The position numbers and the translations under genes are program-made. Positions 38,612-46,410 of a DNA stretch of 46,410 nt are shown in pieces. Within the stretch, counting starts at the first letter, position 1; every line of letters starts with the position of its first letter. The notes beneath the pieces were generated by a model. That model was not told where the DNA came from. It did no database searches and was given only the letters and a program-made list of their open reading frames with translations. The stretch comes from Pseudomonadota bacterium (GTDB lineage Bacteria; Desulfobacterota; Desulfobacteria; Desulfobacterales; RPRI01): contig JBDRRF010000030.1 of NCBI GenBank assembly GCA_043825875.1, positions 1 through 46,410 on the forward strand, written 5' to 3'.

Positions 38612-39304
38612 ATGAATATGTTTGCTGAGTCGATATCATATCCGGCAGCTTTTATTGCAGGGCTTATTTCATTTTCTTCTCCCTGTATATTTCCGCTTAT
38701 TCCGGGATACTTTACATTCATTACAGGGTTTTCTCTGGATCAATTGACTACAGAGTATGATGCCCACATAAGAAAGAAAGTCTTTTTTTCTACCATCGCA
38801 TATGTCATAGGGTTTTCTTCTGTTTTTATTATGATGGGCGCATCCGCTTCATTTCTAGGCGGAATTATTTTTAAATACCGGCCTATTATCAGAATAGTAG
38901 GCGGCCTTATTGTTATTTTACTTGGAATCCATTTAACAGGAATTATCCGAATCAAGAGCCTTGAGTTTGAAAAGCGTATTCAGGTAAATAACAGGCCATT
39001 AACCTATGTAGGCGTATTGTTTGTAGGAATGGCTTTTGCAGCAGGTTGGAGTCCTTGCATAGGACCGTTGTTAGGTTCAATTCTGATATATGCCGGCAGT
39101 ATTGATACAGTCTCTGATGGCATCATCCTTCTTGCCATTTATTCCGCAGGCCTTGCAATTCCTTTTATAGCGATATCTATTTTCATCAATCTTTTTATTA
39201 AATTTATTAAAAAAGTCTCTTTTGCCATGAAATATATTAATACTGCTGCAGGAATACTGCTTGTATTAGTTGGAATTTTTCTTTTAGCAAATATATTTTT
39301 ATAA
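38612..39304 (+). CDS. ccdA: Cytochrome c biogenesis protein CcdA (DsbD TM domain)
   Basis: GLISFSSPCIFPLIPGY and GWSPCIGPLLGSIL. Confidence 0.92.
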   Translation: MNMFAESISYPAAFIAGLISFSSPCIFPLIPGYFTFITGFSLDQLTTEYDAHIRKKVFFSTIAYVIGFSSVFIMMGASASFLGGIIFKYRPIIRIVGGLIVILLGIHLTGIIRIKSLEFEKRIQVNNRPLTYVGVLFVGMAFAAGWSPCIGPLLGSILIYAGSIDTVSDGIILLAIYSAGLAIPFIAISIFINLFIKFIKKVSFAMKYINTAAGILLVLVGIFLLANIFL

Positions 39305-39394
39305 TCTTCCGGCAAAATCCATTAAGAGGCAAGACAAATTAATTTTTAACTGATTGAATAAAATATTATTTATTATAAGATACTGGAGTATTTA

Positions 39395-39868
39395 ATGAAA
39401 AAAATAAAAACCGCCAGCCTCCTATTCTCTTTTTTCTTATTTTTCATAATGATATCCGCCAATACTTTTGCAGCTGATAGCATCAAATGGCATAAATATG
39501 ATGAAGCAAAAAAACTCTGCAGTAATAATCAGGCAAAACTGTTTATCTATTTTTATTCAGATTCGTGCAGATATTGCAGGGAAATGGAAAATAAAACTTT
39601 TAAGGATCAAACCGTAACAGATATAATAAATAATAATTTTATTCCTGTAAAAATTAATGGAGACAAAGAACGAAACCTTACATTTACATACAGGGTAAGG
39701 GGTTACCCAGGTCTTTTCTTTATTGATGACAAAGAAGAAGTTATATTTAAAAACCTTGGATTTATTCCGCCTGAAATGTTTATATCCATCTCAAAGTTTG
39801 TTTATACCGACAGTTACAAAACTATGACCATAAAATCATATATGGAAAGCACCAGCTCTTCAGAATAA
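39395..39868 (+). CDS. Periplasmic thioredoxin-fold protein (SoxW/DUF255-like)
   Basis: Signal peptide, CRYC, YRVRGYP cis-Pro motif. Confidence 0.85.
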   Translation: MKKIKTASLLFSFFLFFIMISANTFAADSIKWHKYDEAKKLCSNNQAKLFIYFYSDSCRYCREMENKTFKDQTVTDIINNNFIPVKINGDKERNLTFTYRVRGYPGLFFIDDKEEVIFKNLGFIPPEMFISISKFVYTDSYKTMTIKSYMESTSSSE

Positions 39869-39875
39869 TAGCATC

Positions 39876-40505
39876 ATGACAACGCAGTTTTGCCTTAATA
39901 GCAACTCAATAGAAACCGATCTTTTAATTATCTCGGATATAATCAAAAATGCCGATCGGTCAACCCTGCCTCCCGCATTATCTTATGATTCTACCTGTGT
40001 ATTTCTGCTTATTTTTAATAAAAACAGTGCACTTCATATTCTTGCGATACAAAAGACTGATAATGAAGGCTATCCATGGCGAAATCAGGTTGCCCTTCCC
40101 GGAGGACATGTAGAAAAGGAAGATGTCAGTTTTGTTGAAGCTGCTTACAGAGAACTTGAAGAAGAACTTAATATAAGAAAAAACCAGGTCGAACTGATAG
40201 GTTCTCTGGGTCATTTCCAAACAATACAGCATAAAGATATTAAAGTGTATACCGGCATATGGAAAAAGAGAAGTAATATTAGATTTGATCCTGTGGAAAT
40301 ATCCAGAGTGCTTGAAATACCACTAAAAACTCTAGTTGAAAAACATATTGATTCAAAATATTACGGGCGAATACCTGACATCCATGAACTTATTTACCCA
40401 TTGGATGATGTTGAAATCTGGGGCGTTACTGCAAGAATATTGCATCACTTTATAGAACTTATTTTAAGATGTTCTAATACAATTAAGGGTGAGGATAGTA
40501 TTTAA
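39876..40505 (+). CDS. Nudix hydrolase, CoA pyrophosphatase-like
   Basis: QVALPGG...AAYRELEEELNI Nudix box; IWGVTARIL. Confidence 0.87.
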   Translation: MTTQFCLNSNSIETDLLIISDIIKNADRSTLPPALSYDSTCVFLLIFNKNSALHILAIQKTDNEGYPWRNQVALPGGHVEKEDVSFVEAAYRELEEELNIRKNQVELIGSLGHFQTIQHKDIKVYTGIWKKRSNIRFDPVEISRVLEIPLKTLVEKHIDSKYYGRIPDIHELIYPLDDVEIWGVTARILHHFIELILRCSNTIKGEDSI

Positions 40506-40554
40506 CTGTCTAATATTTTAGGATAAATACAATTTTTGGGCGGGTTGTTTTTCA

Positions 40555-40815
40555 TTAATTATTCTGAAGTGTGGAAACATAATGCTTAATAAAACGGATT
40601 ATTTCTAAAACAAAAATTATCAGGCTTAAGCATACGACAAGTAAGGGGACCCATATATAACCAATATATTCCGGGCTTTCTACCGCAACAATTATTCCTG
40701 TAATCCCGAATAAAATTACAAGCATCATTATTATAATAATAATGATGCTTGCTGTTTCTGTATCATAGAAAGGGTATACAACCTTTCTGAAAATTGGTTG
40801 CGATTTTAATGGCAC
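40555..40815 (-). CDS. Small 2-TM hypothetical protein
   Basis: P.FRKV..P.YDT followed by two hydrophobic helices; GTG start with AAGG SD. Confidence 0.6.
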   Translation of the reverse strand: MPLKSQPIFRKVVYPFYDTETASIIIIIIMMLVILFGITGIIVAVESPEYIGYIWVPLLVVCLSLIIFVLEIIRFIKHYVSTLQNN

Positions 40816-40986
40816 GATAAAAACCTTATAATTAATTATTCCAGAAAACAGGTGTATTCTTTTGTTTATTTGCCATTTTTACTTATCCGGTTTAATAAAT
40901 CAAGATAAAATAACTGATAAATGTTAAACTTTTATTCACAATATTAATTTTTGGCTATTTTTATAATTGGGCTTTATTTATACGCG

Positions 40987-41727
40987 ATGATAAAAAATTT
41001 TAAGCTTACTATAGAATATGATGGTACCGAATTCAGTGGTTGGCAAATACAAAACAATTACCGTACAATACAAGAAGAAATTGAAAAAGCTATCTCTGTC
41101 ATGACTAAACAAAAGATAACTCTTACAGGCTCGGGACGTACCGATGCTGGTGTTCATGCTCTTGCCCAGATTGCCAACTTCATTTGCGATACAAATCTTA
41201 CACCCGATTCTTTTTTTAGAGGTCTAAACAGCCTTCTTCCCAAAGATATCATTATCAAACATTGTGAAGAAATAAATGAAAAATTTCATTCACGCTATAA
41301 TACCAAAAGTAAGTTATATAGATATATAATACTAAACAGGGAACTTCCACCCGCTATTGGAAGAAATTATGTATGGTTTATAAAAAGACCCCTTGATTTT
41401 AATGCAATGAAAGAAGCAGTCCTTTTTCTTGCCGGTACTAAAGATTTCAAAGCATTTGAAGCAAGCGGCAGCCCGAAAAAAACTACGACAAGAACAGTTT
41501 TAAGAGCAGAACTTACAAAAAAAAAGGACAATGTTATTCAATTCGAAATAGAGGCTGACGGGTATTTAAGGTTTATGGTAAGAAATATAGTAGGAGCTCT
41601 TGTAAGTGTAGGCCTTGGGAAGCTGAAGCCTTCAGATATAAAAATAATCCTTGATTCAAAAGATCGCCGCAAAGCCCCTGCTACAGCTCCGCCCAACGGA
41701 CTTTTTCTTGTTAAAGTAAGATATTGA
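40987..41727 (+). CDS. truA: tRNA pseudouridine(38-40) synthase
   Basis: YDGTEFSGWQ, GSGRTDAGVHA, GYLRFMVRNIVG, APPNGLFL; likely ATG 40987. Confidence 0.96.
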   Translation: MIKNFKLTIEYDGTEFSGWQIQNNYRTIQEEIEKAISVMTKQKITLTGSGRTDAGVHALAQIANFICDTNLTPDSFFRGLNSLLPKDIIIKHCEEINEKFHSRYNTKSKLYRYIILNRELPPAIGRNYVWFIKRPLDFNAMKEAVLFLAGTKDFKAFEASGSPKKTTTRTVLRAELTKKKDNVIQFEIEADGYLRFMVRNIVGALVSVGLGKLKPSDIKIILDSKDRRKAPATAPPNGLFLVKVRY

Positions 41728-41736
41728 CTAAAAAAT

Positions 41737-41826
41737 CATAATAATCCATTTGACCGGCTGCTGATCGCGCAATAGAATTTAGAAGTCCTTCAACTTACAA
41801 ACAAGAACAATAATTTTTCAATTTAT
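41737..41826 (+). pseudogene. C-terminal remnant of a PIN-domain VapC toxin
   Basis: HNNPFDRLLIAQ*NLEVLQLTNKNNNFSIY resembles the H.DPFDRLLIAQA..E...L.T.D..F..Y motif; internal stop. Confidence 0.65.
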
Positions 41827-41827
41827 C

Positions 41828-42013
41828 GAGCCAATTTCAAAACGTTTCAGTTTGGTCAAGCTCAAGGCGGAAAAAAATTTCAACCGCAGGAATACATTGA
41901 GTATTTAGAGGATAACGCTAAAGGTTAGCGCTTATGCTTCACTACGTGTCACTTCGTGCGAAATTGAGCCAATCGCAGAGATCGGCCAAAATGGGGCGTT
42001 TTGAAACTGGCTC
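41828..42013 (+). repeat. Palindromic dispersed repeat copy 4 (186 bp) carrying a nested double insert
   Basis: Same termini as the other copies; 46-nt insert at 41914-41959. Confidence 0.9.
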
Positions 42014-42073
42014 AATTATTTTATTAGAATACAGGCAGGTATATATTACGGCCAAAGCAAGGATGTAAAAACA

Positions 42074-43642
42074 GTGATTAACATCAACACGGATACAATG
42101 ATTGACGACAAACAAGAAACCCTGGCAGCAGTACTTGGGTGTATTCCCATTTTAGAAAAGATTGCGGATAAGTCCGAACTTCTTGCACTTTTGCCGGAAT
42201 CCGAACGGATCGCTCTTATCACTGCGGCCGGAAAAATTTCCAGGCCCGACAAAAAGGAGATCAAAAAGCGAAATAAGGACAGAAAAAGGCAAAACCGTAT
42301 GGCTATTGTGGAAAAAGAACGCCGGATAAGGGCGGCCACTGGAATCCGTAAGGCCAGGGAAGCCAAGGTATTTATTGCTCCACAGCAGATTTCGTATACC
42401 GGCCAGGAAGCTGAATGTGAAGATACAAATAGGCTGGAAACACCGCGCAACTGCTATGTGTGCAAGGCCGAGTTTACAAAGCTTCATATGTTTTATGACG
42501 CCTTATGCCCGGAATGCGCACAATTTAATTATCAAAAACGCTTCCAGACAGTTTCCCTGAAAGGGCAAGTAGCTTTGATTACCGGTTCACGGCTTAAGAT
42601 CGGGTACCAGGCCACCTTAATGATGCTAAGAGCCGGTGCAAAGGTGATTGCCACCACCCGCTTTCCAAAGGATTCTGCCTTAAGATTTTCCAAAGAAGCC
42701 GATTTTTCCGACTGGGGCCACAGACTTCATATATACGGGCTGGATCTGCGCCACATCCCAAGTGTGGAGCTTTTTACTGATTATTTTAGGGACGTCTACC
42801 AGCGTTTAGACATCCTCATCAATAATGCAGCCCAGACTGTAAGGCGGCCGCCAGGATTTTATGCCCATCTTATGGAAAATGAAACAAGGGATGTATCACA
42901 ATTGCCGGTTGAGGCCCAGACCCTTCTGAGTGATTACCATTCCTGTCTCTCCCGGCTGAAATACGGGCAGACGGAAAATGTGGGCAGGGAAAAGGCATTA
43001 CCCGTTACATGGAACGGAACGGCTCCTGGCGTGGGATTGCGCATGTCCGCCCAGCTGTCTCAGATTCCTTATTCTTATGACAATTCACTGGATGTATCCG
43101 AGGTCTTTCCAGCGGAAAAGCTTGATGCCGATCTCCAGCAGGTGGATCTTAGAAAGACTAATTCATGGCGACTAAAGATAGGGGAGATCCAGACCTCGGA
43201 AATGCTGGAAATCCAGCTTGTCAATTCCGTGGCCCCCTTTGTTTTGTGCAACCGGCTGGCAAATTTGATGAAACAGGACTACACCGGACAAAAACATATT
43301 GTTAATGTTTCTGCTATGGAGGGCAAATTCCTGCGGTTTAAAAAAGACAGCCGCCATCCCCATACCAATATGGCCAAGGCTTCCCTGAATATGCTTACCC
43401 ATACTGCAGCCGGTGATCTTGCCACATACGGGATTTTTATGAATTCAGTAGACACAGGCTGGGTTACGGATGAAGATCCTGCCATACTTGCCAAGCACAA
43501 ACAGGACTGCCATGATTTCCAGCCGCCATTAGATATTGTAGACGGTGCGGCAAGAGTTTGTGATCCGTTTTTTCACGGCATCCTGACAGGAAAACACTGG
43601 AGCGGCAAATTTTTAAAGGATTATTTCCCCATCGACTGGTAG
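42074..43642 (+). CDS. Atypical SDR-family oxidoreductase with N-terminal C4 zinc-finger region
   Basis: CYVCK...[39 protein letters not shown]; start may be ATG 42098. Confidence 0.85.
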   Translation: MININTDTMIDDKQETLAAVLGCIPILEKIADKSELLALLPESERIALITAAGKISRPDKKEIKKRNKDRKRQNRMAIVEKERRIRAATGIRKAREAKVFIAPQQISYTGQEAECEDTNRLETPRNCYVCKAEFTKLHMFYDALCPECAQFNYQKRFQTVSLKGQVALITGSRLKIGYQATLMMLRAGAKVIATTRFPKDSALRFSKEADFSDWGHRLHIYGLDLRHIPSVELFTDYFRDVYQRLDILINNAAQTVRRPPGFYAHLMENETRDVSQLPVEAQTLLSDYHSCLSRLKYGQTENVGREKALPVTWNGTAPGVGLRMSAQLSQIPYSYDNSLDVSEVFPAEKLDADLQQVDLRKTNSWRLKIGEIQTSEMLEIQLVNSVAPFVLCNRLANLMKQDYTGQKHIVNVSAMEGKFLRFKKDSRHPHTNMAKASLNMLTHTAAGDLATYGIFMNSVDTGWVTDEDPAILAKHKQDCHDFQPPLDIVDGAARVCDPFFHGILTGKHWSGKFLKDYFPIDW

Positions 43643-43808
43643 CACTTTGCCTCTTAGTAGCAGGCACGTAATAGGATCGAGCCATTAAAGGGTTCGTCAA
43701 GAGAATAATATATTGTTAAGCAGTGTTTTTACTCTTTATAATATGTGTTAGTTAGGCTATAATCTACATATGTAAAGGGCATCGCCAATCCTACCACAAT
43801 ACTACCAC

Positions 43809-44036
43809 AGAGATTTTATTAAAATAAAAAAAGAACCTCAGTTGGTATCTCCCGTAAAAGCATTTATGAGCACAAAAATTGTAACAATCGATCCGGGGAA
43901 AAGCCCGATTCAGGCTGCAAAACTAATGGCGAAGCATGATATAGGAAGGCTGCCGGTTGTTGAAAACGGGCGTATTATAGGCATTATTACGCGCTCGGAT
44001 ACAATGCTATATTTTTACGATATGTTGCCGGATTGA
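43809..44036 (+). pseudogene. 3' fragment of a CBS-domain protein
   Basis: RDFIKIKKEPQLVSPVKAFMS...HDIGRLPVVENGRIIGIITRSD: one CBS repeat plus the tail of the previous one; no start or SD seen. Confidence 0.65.
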
Positions 44037-44081
44037 AAATATGATTGATAAGGATGATGATCTTTAAACAATTCTCTGAAA

Positions 44082-44163
44082 CGTCATGCCGGACTTCGAT
44101 CCGGCATCCAGCATTACAATACCCTGCAAACATTCTGGATTCCTGGTCAAACCCTGAATGACG
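44082..44163. repeat. CGTC-type REP doublet (inverted pair)
   Basis: CGTCATGCCGGACTTCGATCCGGCATCCAG...CTGGATTCCTGGTCAAACCCTGAATGACG. Confidence 0.7.
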
Positions 44164-44358
44164 AAAAACCGTAGAACGCTTTATACTCCACACCTCGCCA
44201 AGGATATTAAGTTCCATACAATCTTTCAATAAGAGCTAAAAGCAGAACTGACTCCAATTGTTCCTGACAAGATGGTGTTCTAAAAAATACATGGTTGATA
44301 TTTGTTGCATATACCGCTACATTATCTGTAGCAGAGTATCAGTTTTTTGAGGTAATCA

Positions 44359-44464
44359 ATGACAACTAAGAAACGGGGATATCAAAGAGAAACGACAAGT
44401 TATCCAGCTGCTGGATACTTTTATTGAGAAGGAACAACTGAAACAGAAAGCACAACGTTCCTAA
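44359..44464 (+). pseudogene. Possible internally deleted XRE-type regulator remnant
   Basis: GAGGT SD + MTTKKRG, then in another frame DIKEKRQVIQLLDTFIEKEQLKQKAQRS*, reminiscent of XRE C-terminal helices. Confidence 0.3.
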
Positions 44465-44484
44465 TATTAAGGAGAAAAGACCCT

Positions 44485-44709
44485 ATGTCTCATACAGAAA
44501 ACATAAACACAAAAGAACTGGCCAGCACCCTGGAACCCATGATAAGGCGGGTTGTCCGGGAAGAGCTATTAAAAATCTTAAAAAAGAACATGGGTGTTTT
44601 CCAACTCACGCCGGAAATGCCTCTTTATAAAGATATGGAAGAAATAGGCAAACGCAAAAAACATAATAAGATCAAGTTGCATTCCCATGACGAGGTATGG
44701 GGTGAGTGA
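44485..44709 (+). CDS. Putative type II antitoxin
   Basis: 74 aa, AAGGAG SD, IRRVVREEL, C-terminal SHDEVWGE typical of RelB-like antitoxins; overlaps the toxin start. Confidence 0.7.
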   Translation: MSHTENINTKELASTLEPMIRRVVREELLKILKKNMGVFQLTPEMPLYKDMEEIGKRKKHNKIKLHSHDEVWGE

Positions 44710-45031
44710 TTACCAAGCCGTATATGAGCAAAGGTTTGTCACTAATCTAAAACGGTACAGTTCCATGCGGGAGCAGATAAGGCACCGTGTTGAAAGAGTC
44801 CTGTCAGATCCGTATCATAATACCGAAAAGCTCACAGATACCTCCGGGAAGCTCAACTTGCGTGGATGCCGCAGCGCTCGCGTTGATAGAAATTTCCGAA
44901 TCATATTTACGATCTGCGAAGAATGCCGGAAGATACCGTTTTGCGAATATTGCCTCTGTGAAGGGCTGGAAGACAAGACCGTTATCTTTTTAACGGTGGG
45001 CCCTCATGATAAGGCTTATGCTATAAAATGA
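44702..45031 (+). CDS. RelE/ParE-superfamily toxin with Cys-rich insertion
   Basis: RF..NLKRY, DPY, LRGCRSARV...FRIIF, VIFLTVGPHDKAY; GTG 44702 after GAGGT (alternative ATG 44687). Confidence 0.75.
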   Translation: MSDYQAVYEQRFVTNLKRYSSMREQIRHRVERVLSDPYHNTEKLTDTSGKLNLRGCRSARVDRNFRIIFTICEECRKIPFCEYCLCEGLEDKTVIFLTVGPHDKAYAIK

Positions 45032-45164
45032 AAAAGAATTTAATCTGATTTATAAAGAAAAAGGTAGCCGCTGTCATCTTAACACCCTGCCTGTCACGCC
45101 AAAGTGCAGCATTACATAATTGGCCGTGTACATGCGCTGTCAATTCTATTCTAAAAGGTAGCGC

Positions 45165-45193
45165 ACATCCGATAACGCGTAATTATGTAAAAT
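45165..45193 (+). other. dif-like (XerC/XerD) recombination site
   Basis: ACATCCGATAA-CGCGTAA-TTATGTAAAAT; the XerD arm matches E. coli TTATGTTAAAT at 10/11; spacer is 7 bp. Confidence 0.55.
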
Positions 45194-45472
45194 GTCATTT
45201 GTCTCGCCTGGCTGGGCTTGAATATAAAAGGTTAGCGGCTGTCTGATTTTATCATTCTCCCTCCGCCCTCCCAAAAACAACAGCGGTTAATGAAATAAAT
45301 CTCCAACTGCTGGTTTATGATAAATAAGTTTAGTACATATACTACCCTTTGAGAAACAATATTACACATTAAAACAAGCGGCATGAAATTTAGATTGGCG
45401 TACACTATTGACGGCATAGGTCAATCTGTTAAATGCTTAATAAGCAATGCCAATATACTAATACTCGTCAAT

Positions 45473-45787
45473 TTATTTACAAAAAACCACCAAAAGCAAT
45501 AAAATTACTACAAGGAATTGAAAAGATACAATCAATGCAAATCCTTTTCCATACCCAATATATAATTTGTTTATCTGTTCCTCTCTTTCTTTTACCTTTG
45601 AGGATTTTATTTTCCAGGCAGATATTAATACTAATGGAAAGTATAATAGGATGAATAATAGTATAGAAAAAGCTTCTACATTTAGTTCCCATTCTAAAAC
45701 GAATCTGATTAACAAGTACCAAGGAAGAACAGCTATTATACTAATTATAAAAGATTTAATAAACACCTTTAAATATATATTGCTCAC
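45473..45787 (-). CDS. Putative membrane immunity protein for the Rhs toxin
   Basis: 3 TM helices, very AT-rich, GAGGAG SD, directly downstream of the Rhs C-terminus. Confidence 0.65.
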   Translation of the reverse strand: MSNIYLKVFIKSFIISIIAVLPWYLLIRFVLEWELNVEAFSILLFILLYFPLVLISAWKIKSSKVKEREEQINKLYIGYGKGFALIVSFQFLVVILLLLVVFCK

Positions 45788-45809
45788 TTTAGCAACTCCT
45801 CAATAAATA

Positions 45810-46410
45810 TCAAGAGCATGGCGTAGCCTTTTCATCATTTAAAGCTTCATCTATAAGATGAATCCCGTGATATATATCCCAAACACCAAGTGCTAATACT
45901 GGAACCATTTCAATAGCGACAATGCCTGTTAAAATTGGATTTCCTGTTAAAACAGCAGTGCCAACTGTGGCAGTAATGGCGACTCCAACCATCGTTAGGC
46001 CATCAGTGACAGAAAGGACTCCAACGGCTAGCTTGCCCCAATTAACCAATCCAAACGGATCAACCAGATTAACCGGATCATTTAGGACATACCCATAAAG
46101 ATTCGGGTCCCCACCCGCAAAATCAATAGGATCTTTGGCGGCCCAGCGGCCTATGGATGGATCAAAATCTCGATATCCGAATCTTACAAGTCCAGTATCT
46201 CTATCGTGCAATCCTCCTGCAAAGCCAAATGGTACTGTAAATCCCGGATTTGTATCTGATATTATATTCCCAAAAGAATCGTAGTCAATCTGTTTTATGA
46301 TATTGCCGGAAGAATCGGATACAGCTTTTAATGTTCCTACCTGGTCGTATAGGAAATAATAAGCGCTTCCGCCTTTTGTCATAGAAACCGGCAATCTACC
46401 GTCTGCGTAA
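45810..46410 (-). CDS. Rhs/YD-repeat protein, 3' part (runs off the window) with hydrophobic C-terminal toxin tip
   Basis: YDSFG, FGFAGGLHDRDTGLVRFGYRDFDPSIGRW..KDPI, NLYGYVLNDPVNLVDPFGL core; frame open to the window end. Confidence 0.9.
   Translation of the reverse strand, partial: YADGRLPVSMTKGGSAYYFLYDQVGTLKAVSDSSGNIIKQIDYDSFGNIISDTNPGFTVPFGFAGGLHDRDTGLVRFGYRDFDPSIGRWAAKDPIDFAGGDPNLYGYVLNDPVNLVDPFGLVNWGKLAVGVLSVTDGLTMVGVAITATVGTAVLTGNPILTGIVAIEMVPVLALGVWDIYHGIHLIDEALNDEKATPCS

Noticed and set aside
1..42013. Repeats interpreted as a CRISPR array
   Set aside because: Copies are dispersed, long, in both orientations, without spacers; no cas genes.
43987..44229. 80-aa minus-strand ORF
   Set aside because: It reads through the REP doublet and overlaps the CBS fragment antisense.
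45232..45417. 61-aa ORF as a second immunity gene
   Set aside because: No convincing SD or motif; cannot be supported.

Overview
AT-rich bacterial chromosomal window. Gene content suggests an anaerobic Desulfobacterota/Desulfobacterales-type organism (inferred, not tested). The core blocks are dnaG-rpoD-tRNA-Ile2(CAU)-nif3-C4 Zn-ribbon-rnpB-HPr-domain protein-ispD-hybrid kinase, the system II cytochrome c maturation genes (resB/ccsA and ccdA plus a thioredoxin-like protein), truA and cinA. Accessory content includes a DUF1302/DUF1329 outer-membrane pair, a strip of 11 co-oriented accessory genes (8.2-17.8 kb), an atypical URO-D/MtaA-family gene, an atypical SDR, a type II TA pair, a dif-like site, and an Rhs toxin end with its immunity gene. 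Four observations stand out. (1) Two paralogous proteins combine an XRE HTH, a GNAT-like domain and the Zn-ribbon/HTH N-terminal half of an IS1-family transposase; each is divergent from an uptake or catabolic gene. (2) Four copies of a ~142-bp fully palindromic repeat are present; two carry a 22-nt unit inserted at the same site, and in one copy that unit is nested inside itself. (3) The RelE-like toxin has a Cys-rich insert. (4) A dif-like site lies between the TA pair and the Rhs cassette. Unannotated remnants were also found (IS200 TnpA, SDR tail, VapC tail, CBS tail). All family assignments come from motif recognition by eye; no searches were run.
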